This document shows, in pieces, positions 35,473 to 44,778 of a stretch of DNA of 64,000 nt. The position numbers and the translations under genes were made by a program. The DNA is taken from NCBI GenBank assembly GCA_963738135.1, contig CAVTVK010000001.1, forward strand, positions 314,189-378,188, given 5' to 3'. The notes under the pieces were generated by a model, which saw only the letters and a program-made list of their open reading frames with translations, ran no database searches and was not told the DNA's origin. Source of the stretch: an uncultured Acidimicrobiaceae bacterium (GTDB taxonomy: Bacteria > Actinomycetota > Acidimicrobiia > Acidimicrobiales > RAAP-2). Numbering within the stretch: position 1 is the stretch's first letter; each line of letters starts with the position of its first letter.

Positions 35473-36956
35473 CCGGGCGCGGGGATCTCCCTCTCCCGCC
35501 CTGCGCCGGACCTGTCATCGACGCCGACGGCCATGTGGTCGAGCCCGAGTCGGCCTGGGCCGCCCTGGGCGATCGCTACCGTCCCCGCATCACCGCCGAC
35601 AGCTCGGGGTACGAACATGTTGTCGTCGGCGACACCGAGATCTTGGGCGTGCCTCTCGGCACCCTCGCCCGGCCGGGTTCCACGTTCGACGATCCCTCGT
35701 CGTTCCGTCCGCTGGCCGACGCCGAACCGGGCGGGTCGGACCCCGTGGCCAGGCTGCGCGACCTTGACCGCGAGGGCATGGACCAGGCCGTCCTGTACCC
35801 GACCATCGGGCTGTACTTCGGGCTGGTGGAGGACCCGGAGGCGGCCGTGGCGCTTGCTACGGCGTACAACGACTGGCTGGCCGGGTACTGCGCCACCGAT
35901 CCGCGCCGACTCTTCGGGGCGGCCATGGTCCCGCTACAGGACCCGGTGAAGGCGGCCAGGGAGCTCCGGCGCGCCGTCACCGAGTTGGGTTTCGTGGCCG
36001 GGTTCGTCCGCCCCAACCCCTGCCTCGGCCGCTCCCTGTCCGACCGGGCCTACGACCCGGTCTGGGACGCCGCGGAAGAGCTCGGCGTGCCCATCGGCAT
36101 CCACGAAGGCAGCTCGGTCACCGTGCCGACGCTCGGGTCAGACCGCCCCTTCAACCCGCTGATCCTCCACGCCGTCTCGCACTCGTTCGAAGCCATGCTC
36201 GCCTGCGCCCAGGTCATCGCGCTCGGCACGCTGGAACGCCACCCCGGTCTCCGACTGGTCTTCCTGGAGTCCTCCGGCGGCTGGGCACCCTTCTGGCTCG
36301 AGCGCCTGAACGAGCAAGCGAAGTCCTTCGGCGGGTTCTGTCCCGACATGGCGCTGACTCCGTCGGAGTACTTCACCCGGCAGTGCGCCATCAGCTTCGA
36401 GGTCGACGAGCGCATGCTGGCCGCCTCGGTGCCCTTCCTCGGCCAGGACCGCATCGTCTGGGGCAGCGACTATCCGCACCATGACGCCACTTTCCCGGGT
36501 GCGGTGGAGGCCATCCGCGCCACCGTGGCCCCGTGCGCCACGGCGGCGCAGGTGCACGTGCTGGGACTCAACGCCCGCAGGCTCTACGGGCTCCCGTCCC
36601 GTCGCACCGGGCTGCCCGGGCTCGTCGACGACTACTTCTCCGCCGTCACTGCGCAGGAGATCGATCTCGTTCGGGCGCTGTTCACCCCGGACGCCGTGTT
36701 CGAGAGTGGGGACATCCGCCTGCAAGGTCGCGACGCCATCTCTGAGTACTACACGGCGAAGACGTTTGCCTTCGACGACTTTCGGCCCGCTCCCGGCCCC
36801 CCGTCCTTCGACGGGACGCAGATACGGGTCGACATCGACGTCCACATCGGCGGCAGCCAGCACACGGTGCACGACGTGTTCGAAACGGACGGCTCACACA
36901 TTGCGGCACTGCGCGTGAGCGGTTTTGAGGAGGCGCTCGACGCGGCGCAGGCCTGA
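35469..36956 (+). CDS. amidohydrolase-2 family protein fused to a C-terminal NTF2/SnoaL-like domain
   Basis: GTGA overlap with the upstream gene. VIDADGHVVEP, YNDWLAGY, WGSDYPHHD. The last ~120 aa (YFSAVTAQEIDLVRALFTPDAVFESGD...) are NTF2-like. Confidence 0.8.
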   Translation: MTGRGDLPLPPCAGPVIDADGHVVEPESAWAALGDRYRPRITADSSGYEHVVVGDTEILGVPLGTLARPGSTFDDPSSFRPLADAEPGGSDPVARLRDLDREGMDQAVLYPTIGLYFGLVEDPEAAVALATAYNDWLAGYCATDPRRLFGAAMVPLQDPVKAARELRRAVTELGFVAGFVRPNPCLGRSLSDRAYDPVWDAAEELGVPIGIHEGSSVTVPTLGSDRPFNPLILHAVSHSFEAMLACAQVIALGTLERHPGLRLVFLESSGGWAPFWLERLNEQAKSFGGFCPDMALTPSEYFTRQCAISFEVDERMLAASVPFLGQDRIVWGSDYPHHDATFPGAVEAIRATVAPCATAAQVHVLGLNARRLYGLPSRRTGLPGLVDDYFSAVTAQEIDLVRALFTPDAVFESGDIRLQGRDAISEYYTAKTFAFDDFRPAPGPPSFDGTQIRVDIDVHIGGSQHTVHDVFETDGSHIAALRVSGFEEALDAAQA

Positions 36957-37010
36957 GCCGCGCCACCGCTGCACCGCCGCATGGCCGCGCCGCTCTATCG
37001 CCGGACCGGA

Positions 37011-38720
37011 TCAGGCCGGCAACGGTTGTGGGCCACGGAGGAGGCGACCGGGCCGCTCCCCCGTCGCCTCGTCGGATGCACGCACGACGCTGCCGGACTT
37101 GATCGTCGCCACGTATCCGCTGGCGCGCTGCACCAGCCGCTTGCCCGCCGCCGGCAGGTCGTAGACCATTTCCGGAGGCTGGAGAGCCAGTGCGCCGTGG
37201 TCGATGATGTTCACGTCCGCCAGATAGCCAGGTGCCAGGAGACCCCGATCGCGAAACCCGTAGAGCTCGGCGGTCCGGCGGGTCTGCAGGTGCACCACCG
37301 TCTCGACCGGCAACTGCGCACCGCGGCTGCGGTCCCGGGCCCAGTGGGACAGCATGAACGTCGGCAGGCTGGCGTCGCACAGCACGCCGCAATGGGCGCC
37401 GCCATCGCCCAACCCGAGGACCGTGGCCGGGTGCACCAGCATCTCGCGCACGGCATCGAGGTTGTACGCCGCGTAGTCGAGCAAGGGAAAGTAGAGGAGC
37501 TCCTTGCCGTCGCGCTGGAGCATGAGCTCGTACAGAACCTCGTCAGTCGTCCGGCCCTGTGCGGCGGCGAGGGCGGCCACGCTGCGTTCCGGCGCCGGCT
37601 CGTAGTCGGGCGGGTCCCCCAACGGGAACAATTTGTGCAGGTTGCTCCGCAGCAATTGCACGAAGCCACCCGGGCGCGGCTCCTCGTCCAAAATGGCGGT
37701 CCGCACCTCCGGCGTCCGCAGGCGGCCCACCCGTTCGGGCAGCGGCAGGTGCGCGATCTCCTGGTAGGCCCGATGGTGGGCGAATGGGTGCGTCGCCGAC
37801 TGGAACCCGACCATGAGCGACGTCGGCTTACCGGCGACCTGCGGGACCAGCCAAGCGCCGCGGCGGTTGGCGGCCACGCCCCGATCGATCCACTCGCGCC
37901 ACAGGTCGGGTGCGAAGTCGGCCTGGAGTACCTGGTAGGTCACCGGTACGCCGGCACGGGTCGAGATCTCGGACATCCAGGCGAACTCGTGGTCGAGGTC
38001 CCGCATGTCGCTGGCCACCGAGAAGACCCGGTGTCCCGCCTTGCCGAGGGCCTCGCCGATGGCGATGAGCTCGTCGGCGGCCGCAGTGGTACCCGCTGCG
38101 AGCTCGCCGTCCTTGGCCCGGTGCAGGACCGTGCGAGTGGTGGACGCACCGATGGCGCCGGCCTGCACGGCCTCGCGCACGAGCGCCGCCATCTCGGCGA
38201 TCTCCTCCCCATTGGCGGTGTCGTTGGCCCGGCCCTCACCGAGGACGTAGGCCCGCACGGCCCCGTGTGGGACGAGCGACGCCACATCGAGGACGCGGTC
38301 GGTGCGCTCGACCTCGTCGAGGTACTCGCCGAAGGTCTCCCAGTTCCAGTTCATGCCTTCGGCCAGTGCGGTACCCGGGATGTCCTCAACGCCCTCCATG
38401 AGCTGGATCAGCCAGGCCCGGTCGGACTCGCGGGCGGGGGCGAACCCCACGCCGCAGTTGCCCATGACGACCGTGGTCACGCCGTGCCAACCCGATGGCG
38501 AGACCTCCGGATCCCAGGTGGCCTGGCCGTCGTAGTGGGTGTGGATGTCGACCCAGCCCGGGGTGACGAGGAGGCCCTCGGCGTCGATGACGCGCCGTGC
38601 CGGTCCCTGCACCTCGCCCACCGCGGTGACGATGCTGCCGTCGACGGCGACGTCACCGGTCCGGGTCGGCTGCCCCGACCCGTCGGCAATGGTGCCGCCA
38701 CGGATGATCAGGTCGTGCAT
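37011..38720 (-). CDS. N-acyl-D-amino-acid deacylase family amidohydrolase (second copy)
   Basis: [14 protein letters not shown]...[11 protein letters not shown]...[11 protein letters not shown], 569 aa. Confidence 0.85.
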   Translation of the reverse strand: MHDLIIRGGTIADGSGQPTRTGDVAVDGSIVTAVGEVQGPARRVIDAEGLLVTPGWVDIHTHYDGQATWDPEVSPSGWHGVTTVVMGNCGVGFAPARESDRAWLIQLMEGVEDIPGTALAEGMNWNWETFGEYLDEVERTDRVLDVASLVPHGAVRAYVLGEGRANDTANGEEIAEMAALVREAVQAGAIGASTTRTVLHRAKDGELAAGTTAAADELIAIGEALGKAGHRVFSVASDMRDLDHEFAWMSEISTRAGVPVTYQVLQADFAPDLWREWIDRGVAANRRGAWLVPQVAGKPTSLMVGFQSATHPFAHHRAYQEIAHLPLPERVGRLRTPEVRTAILDEEPRPGGFVQLLRSNLHKLFPLGDPPDYEPAPERSVAALAAAQGRTTDEVLYELMLQRDGKELLYFPLLDYAAYNLDAVREMLVHPATVLGLGDGGAHCGVLCDASLPTFMLSHWARDRSRGAQLPVETVVHLQTRRTAELYGFRDRGLLAPGYLADVNIIDHGALALQPPEMVYDLPAAGKRLVQRASGYVATIKSGSVVRASDEATGERPGRLLRGPQPLPA

Positions 38721-38760
38721 TGGCGCTCCTCTCGGGGCGCTCCAGCGTGCCCCCGCCCGA

Positions 38761-39798
38761 CTACACCCAGCTTCGCAGCTTTTCGACCATGGCGACGGGG
38801 TCGGCGCCCACCGGCGTGACGTTGAGATGCGTCACCCCTGCCTCGGCCATGGCGGCCACCCGCTCCTTGATGTAGGACTCCGGCCCGCAGAGCGACGTGG
38901 CCTCGAGCAGCTCGGCCGGCACCAGCGCCGCCGCCTCCTTCTTCTGGCCCGACAGGTAGAGGTCCTGAATCTCGGCGGCCTCCTTCTCGTAGCCGTAGCG
39001 GCAGGCCAGCGCGTTGTAGAAGTTCTTCCCCTTGGCACCCATGCCGCCGATGTACAACGCGGCGGCTCCCCGCCCGAGTTCACGGATGGGCGCGACCTCT
39101 GCCTCCTCGCCGATGGCCATTATCCCGCCGGCAGCGATCTGCAGCGAGTCGAGGGACGGATCACGTTTGGCCGTCCCGGCGGCGAGGGAGGGCCCGAAGA
39201 CCTCCTTGGCCTTCTCGGGGAAGAAAAAGATCGGGAGCCACCCGTCGGCCACCTCGGCCGTCATGGCCACGTTCTTCTCGCCCAGGGCGGCCACCCAGAT
39301 CGGGATGCGAGGACGCACGGGGTGATTGATCAGCTTGAGGGGCTTTCCGAGCCCGGTGCCCTCACCGGGCGGCAGGGGGATGTGGAACGCCGCACCGTCG
39401 TGGACGAGAGGCGCCTCGCGCGCCCAGACCTGTCGGCAGACATCGATAATCTCGCGCGTACGAGTGAGGGGGCGGTCATAGGGGACCCCGTGGAATCCCT
39501 CGATCACCTGGGGACCCGAGGCGCCGAGACCGAGGAGGCAGCGACCGCCCGAGACGGCATCGACGCCGGCGGCCGTCATGGCGATCAGTGTGGGTGTGCG
39601 GCTGTAGATCGGCAGGATGGCCGAGCCGATCTCCACTCGCTCCGTCTTGGCGGCGAGAAATCCCATGAAGCTCGGGGCGTCGAAGCTGTACGCCTCGGCC
39701 ACCCAGACGACGTCGAGCCCGACCTTCTCCAGCGCCACCGCCTGGCGGGCCGATTCCTCGAACCCGCCGGCATAGTTCAACGTCATGGACAGCTTCAC
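38761..39798 (-). CDS. luciferase-like monooxygenase (LLM) class oxidoreductase, probably F420-dependent
   Basis: MKLSMTLNYAGGF...LDVVWVAEAYSFDA...GLGASGPQVIEGFHG, 345 aa. Confidence 0.85.
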   Translation of the reverse strand: MKLSMTLNYAGGFEESARQAVALEKVGLDVVWVAEAYSFDAPSFMGFLAAKTERVEIGSAILPIYSRTPTLIAMTAAGVDAVSGGRCLLGLGASGPQVIEGFHGVPYDRPLTRTREIIDVCRQVWAREAPLVHDGAAFHIPLPPGEGTGLGKPLKLINHPVRPRIPIWVAALGEKNVAMTAEVADGWLPIFFFPEKAKEVFGPSLAAGTAKRDPSLDSLQIAAGGIMAIGEEAEVAPIRELGRGAAALYIGGMGAKGKNFYNALACRYGYEKEAAEIQDLYLSGQKKEAAALVPAELLEATSLCGPESYIKERVAAMAEAGVTHLNVTPVGADPVAMVEKLRSWV

Positions 39799-39912
39799 GC
39801 GATCCTCCCTTTTCCTCGTCCGGCTGCGTCCATCCTGCCGCAGAAAAGAGCGTGCTCAATTGCCCGGTGGCCGCCCCATAGCATCGCAGTCGTGGCGGGA
39901 CAGCGGATTGAG

Positions 39913-40506
39913 ATGGTCCTCTTCGACCTGGGCGGCGTCCTCATCCAGCCTGGCGGCGTGGGACCGATGCGGTCCCTGGCCGGCATCGAGAGCGACGAGG
40001 CGTTGTGGGCCCGCTGGCTCAGCTGCCGCTGGGTGCGCCGCTTCGAGGCCGGGCGATGCACGGCTGAGGAGTTTGCGGACGGAATCGTGGCCGACTGGGG
40101 GCTGGCACTGGAGCCCGAGGCCTTCCTGAGGGAATTCGGCCGCTGGCCTGAGCCCCCGTTCGAGGGAGCGCTCGAGCTGGTCGAGGCCGTGCAGGCATCG
40201 GTCCCTGCGGGCTTCCTCTCGAACATGAATTCGTTCCAGTGGTCGGCCAACTACGAGGCGATACCGCTGACCGAGGCCTTCGCCTTCCGCTTTCTCTCTT
40301 TCGAGCTCGGCCTGGTCAAGCCGGACGCAGCCATCTTCGACGCCGTGGCGAGCCGACTCCCGGTCTCCCGCCGACGAGTCCTCTTCCTCGACGACAACGC
40401 CATCAACGTAGAGGCGGCCGCGCGCGCCGGGTTTGTTGCCCACCATGTGCGTGGGGTTGGGGCTGCACGCGACGCGCTCGTGGCAGGGGGCGTCCTGGGA
40501 GCTTGA
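39913..40506 (+). CDS. HAD-superfamily hydrolase (subfamily IA-like)
   Basis: MVLFDLGGVL (DxG motif I) and LFLDDNAINVEAA (motif IV). An alternative GTG start lies at 39892. Confidence 0.75.
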   Translation: MVLFDLGGVLIQPGGVGPMRSLAGIESDEALWARWLSCRWVRRFEAGRCTAEEFADGIVADWGLALEPEAFLREFGRWPEPPFEGALELVEAVQASVPAGFLSNMNSFQWSANYEAIPLTEAFAFRFLSFELGLVKPDAAIFDAVASRLPVSRRRVLFLDDNAINVEAAARAGFVAHHVRGVGAARDALVAGGVLGA

Positions 40507-40542
40507 GGAGACGCTGATGGCACCGTCGGTTGGGGTCTGCCG

Positions 40543-40989
40543 GTGCGCCTGTGCCAACATGCCGCCATGGTTGCCAACGGCCCGATGCTGCGACTCCTGC
40601 CGCGCCTCAGTGACGACGTCGCATTCTTCTGGACATCCGGCGAGGACGGCGTGCTGCGCTTCCTTCGCTGCAACGACTGCGGGTTCTACATCCACCCGCC
40701 GGGGCCGGTCTGTCCTCGATGTCTCTCGCGCAATCTCGCACCCGACGCGGTCAGTGGGCGAGGCCACGTCGAGACGTTCACCGTCAACTACCAGCAATGG
40801 ATCCCAGGCAGTGACCCATACATCATCGCCTGGGTGTCGATCGACGAGCAGCCCGACGTGCGCCTCACGACGAACCTGGTTGACGTGGAGCCCGACGACG
40901 TGCGTGTCGGCATGCCGGTACGGGTGCTCTTCGAGCATGTCGAGGATGTCTGGCTTCCGCTCTTCACCCCGGTGGAGGAGGCGTCGTGA
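40543..40989 (+). CDS. DUF35 Zn-ribbon/OB-fold protein (thiolase partner)
   Basis: CNDCGFYIHPPGPVCPRC zinc ribbon followed by an OB-fold region. Start uncertain (M9 or M15 also possible). Confidence 0.8.
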   Translation: MRLCQHAAMVANGPMLRLLPRLSDDVAFFWTSGEDGVLRFLRCNDCGFYIHPPGPVCPRCLSRNLAPDAVSGRGHVETFTVNYQQWIPGSDPYIIAWVSIDEQPDVRLTTNLVDVEPDDVRVGMPVRVLFEHVEDVWLPLFTPVEEAS

Positions 40990-42218
40990 GCCTCCGTCCG
41001 ACCGAGGAGCCGCTGGAGCGGCGAGCCGTGATCTCCGGCATCGGGCAATCCGACGTCGGCCGCCGGTTGGGTCGCTCCGACCTGGACTTGACCGTCGAGG
41101 CGTCACTGGCTGCCATTGAGGATGCCGGCCTGACACGCGACGACATCGACGGGCTCGCCACGTACCCCGGCATGGGGGCAGGCACACCCGGCTTCGGCGG
41201 CCCGCCCACGCCCGAGGTCCAGGACGCCATGGGCCTGTCGCTCAACTGGCACGACGGCGGCGGCGAGGGGCCGGGACAGATGCGCGCTGTCATTGCCGCA
41301 TCCTTGGCCGTGGCCGCGGGTCTGGCCAAACACGTGCTCGTCTACCGCACCGTGACCGAGGGTTCGGCCCAGGGCACGGGCGGACGCCAGCCCATGGGTG
41401 GCACCGGCGGCGGGGGCTCGGTCCCCCGGTTCGGCAGCTTCATGCAGTGGTCCATCCCCTACGGTGCCGTGTCCGCCGCCAACTGGATTGCCATGGTGGG
41501 CCAGCGCCGTATGCATGAGTTCGGGCTGACGCGCGAGCAGCTGGGCCAGATCGCCATCACGTCGCGGCGCAACGCCGCACTCAACCCGAAGGCTGTCTAT
41601 ACGGACCCGATGTCAATGGACGACTACCTCGCCGCGCGCATCATCACCACGCCGCTCTGCCTCTTCGACTGCGACGCGCCGTGTGACGGCTCGACTGCAG
41701 TCATCGTCTCGCACCGCGATGTGGCGGGCGACCTCGACCACCCCGCCGTGCAGATCAACGCAGTGGGCACCGCGCTACGCGGGCGCCCCAGCTGGGACCA
41801 GTTCGACGACATGACGACCATGGCTGCCCGCGATGCGGCGGCGTCGATGTGGGAGCGAACCGATCTCAAACCGACCGACGTGGACACCGCCCAGCTCTAC
41901 GACGGCTTCAGCGTGCTGACCATCGTGTGGCTCGAAGCGATGGGCTTCTGCGGGCGAGGTGAGAGCGGGCCCTTCATTGAGGGCGGCGCCAACATCGCCC
42001 GCGACGGGCTGCTGCCGCTCAATACGGCCGGAGGCCAGCTCTCCGGTGGACGCCTCCATGGGTTCTCACTCATCCACGAAGCGTGCGTCCAGCTCCGGGG
42101 AGAGGGCGGAGAGCGCCAGGTTGTCCGCCCTGGCGGACGAAACCCCGAGGTCGCCGCGGTGGCCAACGGTGGCGGACCCATCGCCGGCACCATGCTGCTC
42201 ACCCGCGGCATTCGCTGA
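40986..42218 (+). CDS. thiolase-like protein (SCP-x / lipid-transfer-protein type)
   Basis: GTGA overlap with DUF35. ISGIGQSDVGRR, FDCDAPCDGSTAVIV, NTAGGQLSGGRLHGF. Confidence 0.85.
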   Translation: MSLRPTEEPLERRAVISGIGQSDVGRRLGRSDLDLTVEASLAAIEDAGLTRDDIDGLATYPGMGAGTPGFGGPPTPEVQDAMGLSLNWHDGGGEGPGQMRAVIAASLAVAAGLAKHVLVYRTVTEGSAQGTGGRQPMGGTGGGGSVPRFGSFMQWSIPYGAVSAANWIAMVGQRRMHEFGLTREQLGQIAITSRRNAALNPKAVYTDPMSMDDYLAARIITTPLCLFDCDAPCDGSTAVIVSHRDVAGDLDHPAVQINAVGTALRGRPSWDQFDDMTTMAARDAAASMWERTDLKPTDVDTAQLYDGFSVLTIVWLEAMGFCGRGESGPFIEGGANIARDGLLPLNTAGGQLSGGRLHGFSLIHEACVQLRGEGGERQVVRPGGRNPEVAAVANGGGPIAGTMLLTRGIR

Positions 42219-42299
42219 CCCTCAGGCTCCTTACCTGGGGTCTTGCAGGAGTCTCAATCTCCAGCCGAGGACGATCCTCGAGACCGCCACCTCAGGCAT

Positions 42300-42338
42300 C
42301 CCTCAACGTAAAGGTGAAGGTGACCTTGAGGTTGAGGG
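42300..42338. terminator. stem-loop between convergent genes (candidate bidirectional terminator)
   Basis: ccctcaac-gta-aaggt gaaggtg acctt-gag-gttgaggg: 8 bp plus 5 bp stem with a small internal loop. No U-tract, as is common in high-GC actinobacteria. Confidence 0.4.
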
Positions 42339-42339
42339 T

Positions 42340-44016
42340 TCAGCTCCTGATCGTGGGCTCGGGCGTCGTGCCGGCCAGATGGTGGGCCGCCCGCGAGGCC
42401 AGCGCCACCAGGGTCAGCGTGGGCCCGTAGCCACTCGAGGTGACGAAGACCGACGAGTCGGCGACCACGACGTTGTCGAGGGCGTGCACACGGCCCCAGC
42501 GGTCCACGACCGCGGTGTCTGGGTTGTCCCCCATCCGGACCGTCCCCATGACGTGGCGGCTCTCGGGAATGGGTGTCGTGCCCATCCCGTGGTACGAGAC
42601 ACCCGGGGAGGAGGTGTGGATCACCCACTCGGCGCCCATCTCCTCCAGCACGGATTGCAGGATCTTGCCGTGGTACTTCGATGCGGCCAGTTCGTGGTGC
42701 CCGGGCTTGTAGGTCACTCTGGCGACGGGAAAGCCACGGGCGTCACGGATGGACGGACTCAGATCCACCGTGTTGGTTGCGTAGGGCAAGTCCTCTCCCT
42801 GCATGATGAAGGCCCACATGCGCTCGCGCAGATTCGAATCGCGCATCACCTGGGCATGATTGCGTCCCCAGGGCGAGTGCCGAGCCTCCATGATGGGGAG
42901 CCCTCCCCCGCTGTGCTCGACCAGACCGCCGCGGAACCATGGGAGACCTGCGCCTGCGGCCGCTTGGCGCGTGCGATCGTCTTGGACCATGGCGTCGTCG
43001 TGCACGTGGGTGACGGACCGTCCCTTGTGGGGGTGCAGCCGCATGTCCGGGAAGTGCCCCACGACGATCGTCTGGAAGTGCACCATCAGGTACTTGCCGA
43101 GCGCCGGATGGTCCAAGCCGGAGAGAAGCAGCAGGCGCGGCGTCTCAATGGCGCCACCCGCCACGATGACCAGCTCGGCCTCCCTGGAGTGCGTGCCGCC
43201 CTCCCGATCGATGAACTCGACCCCAGTGGCCCGCCGGCCCTCTGTGATGATGCGGCTCACGTAGGTCTCTGCCATCAACTCGGCCCGTCCCGTGGCCATT
43301 GCCTTGGTGAGCAGGGCGACCGGGTCGCCCTTGGCGTGAATGGGGCAGCCGAAGAAGGCGCAGAAGCCGCAGTTGTTGCAGGCGGGTCGGCCGTCATAGG
43401 CGATGCTGTTCGCCGCCGTCGGCGCCTCGTAGGGGTGGAGGCCTACCTTCTCGGCCGCAGCCGACGACAGCACTGCGCCGTACATGGGCGCACCCGGGGG
43501 CATCGGGTAGGGGCCCGACCGCCACGCAGCGAAGGGGTTCGCACCCTCGCGCCCCGAAACCCCGATGGCCCGCTCCACCTCCGCGTAGTACGGCTCGAGT
43601 TCGTCGTAGTCGAGCGGCCAGTCGTCGATGACGGCGCCCTCCTGCGGCCCGTAGGTCGAGAAGAGGCCGAAATCTTCTTCCCGGAAGCGCGGCACCTTGC
43701 CGTCGGCGTGGGTCCCGCCCCCACCGACGGTCGTCGGTATGGAGTTCACCTCGCCGACGTGGGTGTGCTCCCCCTCCTCCGCCGAGAGGCGGAACGCCCG
43801 GGGCTCGACCAGGGGGTCGGGACCGAGGAAGTAACGCGACACGAACTTGATCTCGTCGTTTGAGTAGTCCCCGGCGGGCCGAGTCAGGTCGTCGGGATCG
43901 AGCAAATGGTTACGGCCCTTCTCCATGATGACGACGGACCAGCCGGCTCTCGTCAGCACTTCGGCTGCGGTTGCACCGCCGGGTCCGGATCCGATGATGA
44001 TGGCGCTGGGGCTCAT
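42340..44016 (-). CDS. GMC-family FAD-dependent oxidoreductase
   Basis: MSPSAIIIGSGPGGATAAEVL (FAD motif), 558 aa. Confidence 0.85.
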   Translation of the reverse strand: MSPSAIIIGSGPGGATAAEVLTRAGWSVVIMEKGRNHLLDPDDLTRPAGDYSNDEIKFVSRYFLGPDPLVEPRAFRLSAEEGEHTHVGEVNSIPTTVGGGGTHADGKVPRFREEDFGLFSTYGPQEGAVIDDWPLDYDELEPYYAEVERAIGVSGREGANPFAAWRSGPYPMPPGAPMYGAVLSSAAAEKVGLHPYEAPTAANSIAYDGRPACNNCGFCAFFGCPIHAKGDPVALLTKAMATGRAELMAETYVSRIITEGRRATGVEFIDREGGTHSREAELVIVAGGAIETPRLLLLSGLDHPALGKYLMVHFQTIVVGHFPDMRLHPHKGRSVTHVHDDAMVQDDRTRQAAAGAGLPWFRGGLVEHSGGGLPIMEARHSPWGRNHAQVMRDSNLRERMWAFIMQGEDLPYATNTVDLSPSIRDARGFPVARVTYKPGHHELAASKYHGKILQSVLEEMGAEWVIHTSSPGVSYHGMGTTPIPESRHVMGTVRMGDNPDTAVVDRWGRVHALDNVVVADSSVFVTSSGYGPTLTLVALASRAAHHLAGTTPEPTIRS

Positions 44017-44576
44017 GGCTGTGACACCTCCGCGTCGGTGTAGCCCCGCGGCTGCACGTCACCCTCGTAGTCGATGGAGGTCCAGCCGATGGCGTTACGG
44101 TTCCCTCCGTACTCGGGCGCCCCGTACATGCCCTCGCAGCAGTGCTCCCACAAGAGTTCGCAGAAGGCCTCGTCAGCGCGCAGCCTGCGCCGTTGCTCGC
44201 GCCCCTCCACCTCGGTGAAATCGGCTCCCAGTGCGGCCAAGCCCACCCGGTAGCGCTCCTGGAGCCCCACGACGGGCCCGTTGAACTCTCGATCCGGGCG
44301 CCCTTGCGATCCCTCGATGCGCATGCGCCAGGCCAGCTCGTCCAGCGGGGACAGGCGGTGGAAAGTGGCGAAGCCGGCCTCGCCCCCCTTGCGCCCGGAG
44401 CTGGGACCACCGGCCCAGATGCGGGGAGGGTCGAAGGAGAACGCCCCCAGAAAACCGTCGATGTAGTCGGCCACGCCAGCCTCCTCCGCGCCCGGCGTGC
44501 CCTCACCGGAGGGCAGCATCTGCGCACAGGCGGCTCGCAAAGTGGCGTACTCGTCTTCACTCAGCCAAACGGGCAT
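44013..44576 (-). CDS. gluconate 2-dehydrogenase subunit 3-family protein (small partner of the GMC enzyme)
   Basis: 187 aa, ATGA-coupled to the GMC gene. ...CCEGMYGAPEYGGNRN... No twin-arginine signal is visible at the N-terminus. Confidence 0.7.
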   Translation of the reverse strand: MPVWLSEDEYATLRAACAQMLPSGEGTPGAEEAGVADYIDGFLGAFSFDPPRIWAGGPSSGRKGGEAGFATFHRLSPLDELAWRMRIEGSQGRPDREFNGPVVGLQERYRVGLAALGADFTEVEGREQRRRLRADEAFCELLWEHCCEGMYGAPEYGGNRNAIGWTSIDYEGDVQPRGYTDAEVSQP

Positions 44577-44778
44577 CGGGCAAACGTAGCGTGCCTCCTA
44601 CCCCGATTGCTGACGCTGCTGTCAGGTTGAAATCGAGCCTCTCGCGGCGACCGGTGGCACCCCCAACGTGGCGCCCTCCTCCCCCGCTCCCGCCCGCATC
44701 GCGCTGGCCGTCCTGTGAGTCCTGGACGGGACACCGACCACTCCGGAGCCGGGTCGGATTGCCCAGAAGGTGCGGCTC

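Noticed and set aside
36981-38819. Long antisense or alternate-frame ORFs. Examples are 36981..38819 plus, 30348..32075 plus, 6595..7989 plus, 41959..43863 plus, 19667..21013 minus, 47035..49056 plus, 47219..48994 minus, 52314..53957 minus and 59774..61102 plus.
   Set aside because: All of them overlap genes with strong family signatures on the other strand or in another frame. They have low-complexity Arg/Gly/Pro/His-rich translations and are high-GC artefacts.
38539-39912. N-terminal 458 aa of ORF 38539..40506
   Set aside because: Only the last ~197 aa (from ATG 39913) form a HAD hydrolase. The upstream part is antisense to the LLM oxidoreductase and D-aminoacylase genes.
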